A DNA stretch of 64,000 bases from Amphiscolops sp. MND2022. Taxonomy: Eukaryota. The stretch spans positions 91,390,001 through 91,454,000 of the forward strand of contig OZ076409.1 in assembly GCA_964187785.1 (NCBI GenBank), in the 5' to 3' direction. Shown here piece after piece: positions 25,585 through 36,495 of this stretch. The stretch's first letter is position 1; every line of letters begins with the position of its first letter. The translations under genes and the position numbers were made by a program. Under the pieces are notes generated by a model. That model had not been told where the DNA came from. It did not search any database and saw only the letters and a program-made list of their open reading frames with translations.

Positions 25585-26056
25585 GGATGCGGGACAAAAC
25601 AGCCAATTTTAAAACGAGACAAAACAGCCGATTTTCAAAACGGGACAAAACAGCCGATTTTCAAAACGGGACAAAACAGCCGATTTTCAAAACGGAACAA
25701 AATCAGTGCTGTTACAGCCGATATGCATGGAACTTGGTTTATTTGAAGAGGTTCATATTTGTTGTATGGCTCGGTCGCTTCGCTCCCTTCGCCAAGTAGC
25801 AACATTGAGGCATGGCCATATGGCACGTCGCTCCGCTTCGCTTCGCTCCTGCATTTAGGGCACTAGGAGTATGTGAACATAGCTGACTACGTTATAATAA
25901 TTATTTTATTGACTGCTAATCTTAAGCATTGACAAAATCGGCGCTTTTTATATTTACCAATCGGCGATTTTGTACTGTTTTAAAATCGTCTGTTTTGTCC
26001 TATTTTGAAAATCGGCTGTTTTGTCCCGTTTAAAATCGGCTGTTTTGTCCCGCTCC
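25585..26056. mobile_element. foldback/MULE-like MITE with inverted arrays of a 26-bp unit
   Basis: About 4 copies of GGGACAAAACAGCCGATTTTCAAAAC on the left and the reverse complement on the right. The 9-bp flanks are TTTCTATTC/CTTCTATTC. Confidence 0.75.
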
Positions 26057-26276
26057 CTTCTATTCGGAATTTTTGGGGCCTACCTCTGTAATGTCTTCGC
26101 TTCGTGGAGGAGTTCGCATGGGCTGGCATCTCCGTCAAACTGATTCCGATCGTCATCGAATCACTCAGCGTGTACTCTAAGTAAATAAAGGCGCTATTTT
26201 CTCATTGAGAATTGACAAAAACTTTGAAAAGCTCATCAAATTGTATACGTTTGAGTTTCAAGTTTTCCAACTAAAA

Positions 26277-27986
26277 AATTATGTCACAACCATTACTACC
26301 AACATGCTCGGCCTAAATTTTCTCTTATGAAATGAAAGAAAAAGGTCGTGAAATCTTTACCACAAATACGGCCAAAAACAGGACCAGCTAAAACCTAAAT
26401 CTCTTGGGAAAACACACCAAGTTGAATAAACTACTATTACCTTGATATATCCTATGATTAAGTTCTAAGAAAACAAGGGTTTACTAAGAATAACATTCTC
26501 TTTACTACCGTTCAGTACTAAATTTTGAACACCAATACACAACATAATATAGCAGTGTTTGTCAATAAGTTCTGGTATGTCTACAGTTTCTGTACTGTCG
26601 TAACCATTTTCATCATCACTCCCACAAGAATCTACTGAATTCTCTCTCTGATGATTTATTTGGTTACTACTCATCGTTACTAACCTAGGGAAGTCTTTCT
26701 TAGCTTCTTGGGACGCTTTTCCAGCAATTTGTTGCTGAGGTCCAACTGACCTAAGGTCCCTTTGCGGACGTACTCGACCAAAAGTACTCGGATGAGGTCC
26801 ATCTGACCGAAGGTCCGCAATTGTATTTTTTGTTGAGTTTTGATTTTCCAACGCATTCCTGAGGCTAGGAATTACTTTCTCCTCAATTGCAGAGTCAATT
26901 GCATTCAAAATATGCGAAATAAGATCTGATCTCATTTCGTCTAGTTTCCTAGACATTTGTGAAGAAATCTCCGAATTTATTACTCTACTGGTTTCAACTG
27001 TAATTTCACTATTCTCACTCACGTTAGTATTCAATATTGACCTAAAATTTCCACTAATTGAATTAGTTTCTCTCTGAGGTCTCCTTGACTCTAGGTCAAA
27101 ATCAGTATTACTAATATCTTCATCTCTGACTTGATCATCTTCCTGGTAATTCCCCAACATTACATCTAGATTTTCAATATCGGACATTACGTCTGATTGT
27201 CTTGAGCGCTTTTCCTTGGCTTTCTGCTTTCTAGTTGAAGGCATTTTATTAAAAGATTTGCGTTTCAAGAGTAAATTGAACAGTTTGTTTAACTTTCACA
27301 AAGTGTATGTGTATCGTTGTAACAGTATTGAATTGAATTTACAAAGCCAGACCCATTGCTTATATACTTTTACCACCATGACACCCGGTATTTTGAACGT
27401 CATAGAATAAAAATACTAATGATGTCATCATTAAAAATAGCAACAACCTAATTATGACATAATATTGGCTATAAATAGAAACTAGGGTGAACTGATACAT
27501 TACGTCACTTGTCCTCTAATATATAAATGGAAGCAACAACAAAACAGATATTAACAAATACATGCGAACTGTAATATTTCATGCTTCTAAGAGTATTATA
27601 CGGCTTTCAATAACAAATTGGACCTAACGTCCGCGTGACTTCAGCACAATACTATTGGCGCAATTTGATTGGTTAAAAGTATTTTGGACAACGCGTCAAC
27701 TTGACGGCAGCGCTGTACAAGTTGAACGCGTTTCCTTTACCTTTACCAGTTCGTTGCTTTATTCAACTGATTTCTAATTTACATTTCTAAACTGTAATAA
27801 GCCACTAATTGCACATTTGTATGTATGGATTGGTTCACGATAGACAAACTAGTTCATCAACGTTTTTACATATCAGTATATAAAATAATAAAAAAAGTAC
27901 ATGGCTGCGGTCAAACTGACCTTAGGTCAGAGTATTTAGGAAAATTGCATGATTTATCAAAATAAGCGCCATAACAACGTGAAACA
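26277..27986 (-). repeat. duplicated copy of element B 3' LTR (26596-27986, truncated) plus its host flank (26277-26595)
   Basis: Near-identical to 28211-~29920, including the TGTAC TSD and flanking DNA, so it is a segmental duplication rather than an independent insertion. Confidence 0.92.
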
Positions 27987-28528
27987 TTGTCTTATTATTG
28001 AGGCTTAATAATTATCGATAATTGTGCAATAATTACTATCATTGATTTTTTTTGTTATGGTTTTGAAAAGGTTTCGGACCTTATAACTCCCCATATACAC
28101 CTTGTTTCTTATCCCCCCAATACGAAGTTGTTTCGACACTTAAAGCAAAAATTTCCATCATCAAAGGATTTTTTGATAATTTCCTGACAAAAAGCAAAAT
28201 TTCCCCCTGGAATTATGTCACAACCATTACTACCAACATGCTCGGCCTAAATTTTCTCTTATGAAATGAAAGAAAAAGTCGTGAAATCTTTACCACAAAT
28301 ACGGCCAAAAACAGGACCAGCTAAAACCTAAATCTCTTGGGAAAACACACCAAGTTGAATAAACTACTATTACCTTGATATATCCTATGATTAAGTTCTA
28401 AGAAAACAAGGGTTTACTAAGAATAACACTCTCTTTACTACCGTTCTGTACTAAATTTTGAACACCAATACACAACATAATATAGCAGTGTTTGTCAATA
28501 AGTTCTGGTATGTCTACAGTTTCTGTAC

Positions 28529-30069
28529 TGTCGTAACCATTTTCATCATCACTCCCACAAGAACCTACTGAATTCTCTCTCTGATGATTTATTTGGTTAC
28601 TACTCATCGTTACTAACCTAGGGAAGTCTTTCTTAGCTTCTTGGGACGCTTTTCCAGCAATTTGTTGCTGAGGTCCAACTGACCTAAGGTCCCTTTGCGG
28701 ACGTACTCGACCAAAAGTACTCGGATGAGGTCCATCCGACCGAAGGTCCGCAATTGTATTTTTTGTTGAGTTTTGACTTTCCAACGCATTCCTGAGGCTA
28801 GGAATCACTTTCTCCTTAATTGCAGAGTCAATTGCATTCAAAATATGCGAATTAAGATCTGATCTCATTTCGTCTAATTTCCTAGACATTTGTGAAGAAA
28901 TCTCCGAATTTATTGCTCTACTGGTTTCAACTGTAATTTCACTATTCTCACTCACGTTAGTATTCAATATTGACCTAAAATTTCCACTAATTGAATTAGT
29001 TTCTCTCTGAGGTCTCCTTGACTCTAGGTCAAAATCAGTATTACTAATATCTTCATCTCTGACTTGATCATCTTCCTGGTAATTCCCCAACATTACATCT
29101 AGATTTTCAATATCGGACATTACGTCTGATTGTCTTGAGCGCTTTTCCTTGGCTTTCTGCTTTCTGGTTGAAGGCATTTTATTAAAAGATTTGCGTTTCA
29201 AGAGTAAATTGAACAGTTTGTTTAACTTTCACAAAGTGTATGTGTATCGTTGTAACAGTATTGAATTGAATTTACAAAGCCAGACCCATTGCTTATATAC
29301 TTTTACCACCATGACACCCGGTATTTTGAACGTCATAGAGTAAAAATACTAATGATGTCATCATTAAAAATAGCAACAACCTAATTATGACATAATATTG
29401 GCTATAAATAGAAACTAGGGTGAACTGATACATTACGTCACTTGTCCTCTAATATATAAATGGAAGCAACAACAAAACAGATATTAACAAATACATGCGA
29501 ACTGTAATATTTCATGCTTCTAAGAGTATTATACGGCTTTCAATAACAAATTGGACCTAACGTCCGCGTGACTTCAGCACAATACTATTGGCGCAATTTG
29601 ATTGGTTAAAAGTATTTTGGACAACGCGTCAACTTGACGGCAGCGCTGTACAAGTTGAACGCGTTTCCTTTACCTTTACCAGTTCGTTGCTTTATTCAAC
29701 TGATTTCTAATTTACATTTCTAAACTGTGATAAGCCACTAATTGCACATTTGTATGTATGGATTGGTTCACGATAGACAAACTAGTTCATCAACGTTTTT
29801 ACATATCAGTATATAAAATAATAATAAAAGTACATGGCTGCAGTCAAACTGACCTTAGGTCAGAGTATTTAGGAAAATTGGATGATTTATCAAAATAAGC
29901 GCCATAACAACGTGAATCAGTGTTTGTTTAGTAAGATAGCAATACTCACTAATATGTTATGTAAGTTCTGAGATTCATTAGATCGGTAGGACTCCTGGTC
30001 CTGGAATATTAATGTCGTCTTCCGGGGTGACTTGATAAAGTAGGCCATCGAAGGCGGTAGCCTGCGACA
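28529..30069 (-). repeat. 3' LTR of element B (1541 bp)
   Basis: Direct repeat of 42820-44357, preceded on minus by a short purine tract GGGGAG (30070-30075). TATA-like TATATAA at 29293-29299. Confidence 0.95.
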
Positions 30070-30895
30070 CTCCCCGGGGTACGAGAATGAATGATCCCGC
30101 ATTCATTCCTGCTTCAAATGCGTAGCGCTTTGCCATTCTCGTCTCATATGTTTCTCCTTGGATATGTGCGCTCTCCAAATATCCTAGCGTAATTTCCTCC
30201 TTGATTTCTGGGTAACTCTTGCCGCACACTATGCATCCGGTATGATAGACGTCATTTGGCTGACCGCAGGTCCCGCTCACGCTTCTTGCAAGTCCTGTGA
30301 TATGGGGATTGTTAGTCCAACTTTCCCGAGTAAGTGATTGGTGGTCATCCCGGCGGGAGTCGTATGTAGGTTGCTGGTCAATTAGCGGCGGTGAAAGGGG
30401 AGAGTCCAACACTGGTTCAATCTGGCTGCAGTGTGCGATGGGGTGATTGCTAATTGGTTGTCCATAATAAGAGGCTGGTGGATTGCCAATAAACCAGTCT
30501 ACTAGGGAATTTGACGGTTCAGAAAAGGTACTTGCGGATTCAACCATTTCACTGCTTGGTAAGTTAAGATCGTTGAGACATTCGGTGATTTCCGTGGTCA
30601 TCGCACGGCCTGCTACTAATTGTTGGGGAAATTCAGGGCTAATGCGATAGCAAGCTAAGACTTGAATGTCGTCGTCGTAGCTGACGGAATCTTGTACATC
30701 ATGAGTCGAGGTTATGGAATCAACATCCACTTCTTCCTCTGACGATTGGTAGCTCAAGTCCACCAGTGACCTTGGGTAGGGATCGCAGTTGAATTGTAAC
30801 GACATGTCACGGGTATATCGTTGGAGAAGTATTTCTTTCGCAATTTTGCTTTCGAGAAATTTAAGCAACCAGTTTTCAAGATGATAGTGAGACAA
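29978..30895 (-). CDS. accessory ORF-X of element B (305 aa, acidic N-terminus, Cys/His cluster), ends inside the 3' LTR
   Basis: Long uninterrupted ORF with CGQPNDVYHTGCIVCGK. Shares the VAGRAMT/IAGRGMT motif and position with ORF 54819-55091 of element C. Confidence 0.65.
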   Translation of the reverse strand: MSHYHLENWLLKFLESKIAKEILLQRYTRDMSLQFNCDPYPRSLVDLSYQSSEEEVDVDSITSTHDVQDSVSYDDDIQVLACYRISPEFPQQLVAGRAMTTEITECLNDLNLPSSEMVESASTFSEPSNSLVDWFIGNPPASYYGQPISNHPIAHCSQIEPVLDSPLSPPLIDQQPTYDSRRDDHQSLTRESWTNNPHITGLARSVSGTCGQPNDVYHTGCIVCGKSYPEIKEEITLGYLESAHIQGETYETRMAKRYAFEAGMNAGSFILVPRGVSQATAFDGLLYQVTPEDDINIPGPGVLPI

Positions 30896-32016
30896 GTAAA
30901 CTTCTGTGGTCTATCTGACCTTAGGTCCAACCCCAATTTTAGCGGGGAACAAGCGCGGGGTTTTACGCGGACCATCGCTTAGTTTTTCCTTTTTAGGTTT
31001 TATTCTCTTCTAGTTCCGTGGAAGATTTTCAACCAATTTATCGGCTGGGGTCGTTAATTGCCTCTTAATATTGTTTTATTTAGTTCTTCAAAGGCGTCAC
31101 TTGACGTTATAAGGGTGATAGTTGTTAATTCTCTGTCAACAAATTTCTTGAAAGACCGACGGTCAGTTCGGCGGCACCAACTCAGGTAGCCAATCCCAGT
31201 GCGTGATGATAATAATAGCATAAGATGGCTGCTAAAGCTGATGAATTTGAAATAATGAAGCTAATAGTGAAAGAATAATCGCCTAAAGGTCGAAAGGGAA
31301 AATGAAATTGATCTGTGTACTTCACTGGCAGGTTCCGCAACAAGAAAAATTTCATTTTGTATAGGTAGATATGATTGTTATAGATGTTAATTTTAGCATG
31401 TAGCCACGACGTCCATAATTAGTAAACAATAATTACGAAGTAGTTAGTAAGTAATCTGTCTTGCTTTAGTTTAACCAGAATAAAGCGGAAATAGGAGTTC
31501 AAGTACACTAAGCGAAATATGAGAAGTAAAGTAGTGTAGTCAATATGACCAACGGTCCATATAGCTACATAAAGCATTAGTCATGTCTATAGTGGACCAA
31601 TTATAGTCTCGTCAAATTGACTTACGATCAACCTCTTTCTAATTCTGATATTTGAACCAGAGTATTACAAATTCTTTACATCCCAATTGATTATTGTGAA
31701 TCTAGTAGCTGTCCACAACAGTCAGAAAGTGCCTTTCCAATCATAGTGCCGTCCCAGCTAGCAGTAACCCGACGTAGCGTAGAGAAATTCCCATTAACGG
31801 AAACACCGCAAAACTCCAGTGAAACACCGAGAGACTACAAAACGAGGAAAATTCAGACCTTCCGTCATGGAAGTGCATTCACGTTGGTTCTTTAAGTTGT
31901 TAAATTCAAACTTGATCAGGGCTTTCATTTAACTTTGCTACTTCCTCCATCGTGAACAACTCTTTTGAGCATGAACATTTAAACTTGCTTCCGGAAGTCT
32001 TTGAAATTGCGGTAAG

Positions 32017-35000
32017 ATGGACATATTTGCAGGAAGTGAACCGCGCCAATTCATTTCTTTTCATTTAGATAATGAGCAAATTGGCCAACCAACTCCTCAA
32101 GCAGTAGAATCTATGGAAATTAGCCAGGAGAATTCCGATGACACTGAATATCTCAGCACTACGTCTCAACTTGCAAAGGAGGACAATGAGACCAAGGCCA
32201 ATGCTGCTGTGCTGAAGACACTCGAACTCGTTCCTGCTGATCCACTCAGTCCAGAAGTGCGAAAGGGACAGCCATCCGTTGAATCCGAGTCTGTTGAAAA
32301 GACTATTGATGTAGAAATGACTACCCTCGACACTGAAGCTACTGTTAGTGGACCTTGTGTCAATTCTGCGCCAGCGCAAAATGAGTCTCCAGGAGCTCCA
32401 GGATATGCTCTCAGCAGTAGCGGATCTGACGAAAGCTGTGGGAGGTATATTTCTCGGAAATTGGCAGCGCTGGAGACCTGCTTGAACGAATATGAGATGC
32501 AAACAACTTCGGTGGAAAAATCGAGTGAAAGTGGACAATTGACTTTGTTTCCCCAAGCTGGACGATCCTCGCCTGAGCCCACGCAAAGTTTTGATAACCC
32601 GAAAGTGATCTCTCCTAAACCGCCAACAAGATACCTGCAATCCAGTCTGAAAGATGATAACAAGAATCCTGACAGGAAGAAAAACCGCGTGACCATCAAT
32701 TCTGTGATTGAGGAGGCTGAAATTTCCTCTGTGGAACCCAGTACTACATCCACTGTTCCTGAAGCGTCAGGTCAGTCTGACCTCAAGTCCCCTTCCCGAC
32801 CAGTTGCTGCGGCAAACTTTGCAGCCACCACCAGTGATGCAGTAACACCAGTTGATAGTGACGCTGATTCCAATGCTTACGCACGGTCTACTCTAGCTGA
32901 TGCTTTGACAGCGCCCCAACCTAGACTAGTAAGATTACCAAGTGACGAAACCAGCGGAACTGATTCAGAGCCTGAGCGTCCTGCAGCCAGTAAGTCAGCA
33001 ACGTTATCTGCCACCAGTCGAGAGGTCATCCGCAAATACTTCTCTGAGACGCAACCAATAAGTCTTCCTCGAGGCCATCCAACTGTAGCATTCAATCGCG
33101 ATCAGATCGAGCACATTTTAAAGGTTGTGGCAGATGAAACTGCGCGTTCCTCGTTTGAAATGCTCAACAGCGTAGTAATGCGTGCTAGCAGGTTGAGCCT
33201 GGGAGAGAGAGCGGCGACAAGACGGGACGATCGGTGCAAGAGTCCCTTTCCGCACTCTCCCTTGTCCGATTCAGAAGGTGAAGGGACTTCATGTGGTTTT
33301 ACGTCCGCTGGAGACAGCTACACTAGTGGTCCAGATCTGAATGAATCAGACTTTTGGGGGACTGAATACTCGCATGAGGTTGCATCCAGTCAAGGTTCAT
33401 CAATGCAAGCGATCACTCCTCCTCCTTTGGGTTGTGGTCAAGGCGACTTTGGGTCCCCGATTCCAAATCAGTCATGTGCTAGCCCGAGCGCTCAGACTTT
33501 GGCTGAGTTAAAACATGAGGCCCAACGAGACAGGTCCAAAAAGCACCCAAAGAAGTCCTCTAAAGCCAAAACGAGAAGCTTGCACCGAGGCGTAGGAGAT
33601 CCTGCAAGATTATGCGTGAAGAATACTTCAAGGGTATGTCTTGGACTCGCACCTTCGTTTCAGGACCTATGGATCCTAAATGGAACCGCTACAAATTTTA
33701 CTGCCAGATCTGTAAGGGCAACGTCTCGATCTATGGCAGAGGTCCAAAAGAAATTTTACGTCACCATGCTACCGAGCGTCTTCTGCGCAAGGATCAACGT
33801 TGGCGCTATGAGCACCTTGGTGTTGTGGACCCTGTGACTCAAGTTGTCCACCACCATGTCCGGGGCAGATACGGGAAGTTGCTTTCCCCTCTAGAGCTGG
33901 AATCTGAATTGCCAAAGTTTATTGACGTCGAGTTGGTCGATATAGGCGTGAAGTTACCCTTCTACGACGAGTTTATGGCGGGACATGCCCATATGGCTTC
34001 TTCCTCTGAGAATCGCGTCAGGGTCCAGATCTCCATCTTGGGTCACGCTTTGCCAACTTTCGGGAACCTTGGGACACTACGAGAGCTTTGGAAGGACATT
34101 GGGGTGGTTGTTAACCACCAGTCGCTGTTCACAGATTTCAACTGGGGCAAAGAGCGTTTGTCTGTAAGTAGTAATTTTGCGTGTATTTGTCCTAGGGTTA
34201 ACTTCAGGTTTTGAGATATCATCAACCTCTTATCTGTAATCTAGTTGGACTCAGTGTAAGCACTGATTTCTTCTTTGGTTAAGCGTGTACTCTGTTGTTC
34301 CGCAGGTGCTATTTCATCATATCTTCGTCCAACTGCTAGAAGATTTGGCCAATCACGTGCTCAGCAGCGGGTTCTACGCACTCGAGTTTGAACAGAAGGG
34401 GCCCATGCTCTTTCTCCATCTTCGGTTTTGGCATGAGGGTCAATTGTGTCGAGTATTGATCCGAAGAACTGGACGCATAGTTGTGCCTATTGTCTTACCT
34501 CTTGGCAGCAATTTCTCCTCGCGCTAGCCCTGTGTGTTGTAGTGGCTGTACCCAATCTTTAGTCCAGCTACTAGATGAGTGTCCCCTTTTCTCACTGGCT
34601 GTCCAGAGCAGAAAGCGCTTTGAGGAGATTTCTCTGGAGAAGATCATGCATAAGTAGAGCTTTAGCGTTTTCGGCAGAATAAACTTCTATGCTGTGATCA
34701 AGTATATTGTCGTTTGCCTCGGAGGAAGTCTCGACCTAGAGTGGATTCTCGTTACCCCTGAATTGGCTAGGGTTAGCATCACTTCTTTCTTTGTTCTATT
34801 TAACTCTTTTCCATCAGTCTCAAATTGATCTCTGGTTTAGGCCATTCGTGATTGTCGACTTGATGTTGCGAAGCTTCACATTCTATGCCGTGAATTGTTG
34901 GACAATTGGAGCTCTGTTACTGAATTCTTGACCGCTCACTCGCAGTACTATCCCATGATGGGAGTGTCCAAGCAGGTAAATTGGTGTGGTCATTTTGACT

Positions 35001-36343
35001 TAAGGTCCTTAATTGAATAACCTGCTAACTATAGTCTTGTTCTATTCTAGCCTCAGAATTTGGAATGGTCCATATTGTGTGACGATTTATTCACCTGTAA
35101 TATGGAATTGTTCCAAAAGCTTGCTCGTGATTGTTAGTCAAGTTTTCTCCTGCTTGGGAATAGCACCTTATCCAATATCGTTGATTATGTATGATGTTTA
35201 GATGCAACGAGTTTCTCCATCAGCTTGTCAGGCCGCAGAGACCGAGGGTTTTATACTTTCCGCCAACTTTGCCAGTATCTCCTCACTCTTGCCCGCAGAT
35301 GTGCTAGTCCCAAAGGCATCCCTCCTGAGGACCAATGGTCAGAAATCTTGGAACTGGACTTAAAGCGAGTCGCTGCACTTAGTGTTTCTGAGTTTATAAC
35401 TCGGATTAAGCTGGGCACAAAACTAGACAGTGCATGTAAGGCCAAAGCTGAGCGTGACGTAAAGGACAAGCAGACTGAAGGCTTGCCTCTAGATGCCCTG
35501 TCTGGCAAGCAAAAAGAAGAATTTGGGCGAGCTGCACGTAGTTACGTCACACATCTCTTCAATTCAATGCAGCATCAAACTAGTTTGACCACTGATCTAG
35601 TGAGAGGACTGGGCTCGTTTGACCTTGAGACTTTGTTGACTGGGTCCATAGAACATGCCATGTACTGCCACAGGCAGTTATTTACGAGTTTCCGACTCAG
35701 GGGTTATTTCTCCCTTGATCAAGAGTGTCCCTGCTCTGAAGAGTATCGTTCCTTCGTTGACGTCATGCGTCGGACTTTTCCTGATCTGATACAGCCTACC
35801 CTGTTCGTGAGAGACACTGTCGATTTTTTAGTAGCTCAGGTATCCTTGACCAGTCGTCCCTTGTTGTACAAGCTGTTTCGCCTTGCCTGTCTTTGCTTGG
35901 ATGAACCCTTTGAAAGCTTGCCAGTTGTTACTTTCGGCTCAGTTAATACTGAAGATCCGATCTGCAGTCAAGTTGACGTGATACTGCCAGTGAAATCATA
36001 CTTCTGCAATGTTCCTCGAGGAGTGGAGACCGTTACTTCCGAGCAGTCTATTTCAAAATTTCTTCTGCTAGAGCCAGATTTTGGGACACAGGGGCTAAGT
36101 GACGTGTATTGTCCTTGGTTGAGCGTCGATTATTTTGGACGTACTAGACATTTGGCGCAATTGGACCCTAAAGGTTCATTTCAACCCGCGCACCCAGTGG
36201 ATCTTGAATCTGAATCATTCAGTGTCAGTACGGTCAAGAAGAAAAAGTATGGGGCACTAATGAAGAAAACCACACAGTTGCTGAGTGAAACTGAGTTGAC
36301 CCGTTCTGCAGAAGATCTAGTTGCTGGATGTAGTAAATCGTAA
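32017..36343 (+). pseudogene. spliced antisense accessory gene of element B (exons 32017-34163, 34306-34771, 34841-34975, 35051-35132, 35202-36343); zinc-finger protein, disrupted
   Basis: Four GT-AG introns restore a frame homologous to element A's gene. It has a disordered S/E/P-rich N-terminus, then FYCQICKGNVSIYGRGPKEILRHH. Frameshift near 33590 and further lesions in exon 2. Confidence 0.75.
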
Positions 36344-36495
36344 TTGTATTTTGTATATTTGTGAACTTTCTTGGGTTTATGTTTGGTATAGATGTTTAGT
36401 CTTTGTTGAGTTATAAAAGGTCAATAGTTAGTCGAAGTCCCCCAAGAGTCCAACTCAGTAAAAATCAGGGGGTGTAGCGAATTTACTTTCTTTTG

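Noticed and set aside
25585..25700. 26-bp (and nearby 15-bp) repeats as a CRISPR array
   Set aside because: The units are contiguous with no unique spacers, have an inverted partner array, and sit in eukaryotic DNA with no cas genes.
26596..27986. Independent solo LTR
   Set aside because: It is truncated at one end and shares ~320 bp of flank and the TSD with element B's 3' LTR, so it is a duplication.
32017..36343. env gene or a host gene into which the element inserted
   Set aside because: It is antisense, has no signal peptide or transmembrane anchor, lies between TSD-bounded LTRs and has homologues at the same position in A and C.
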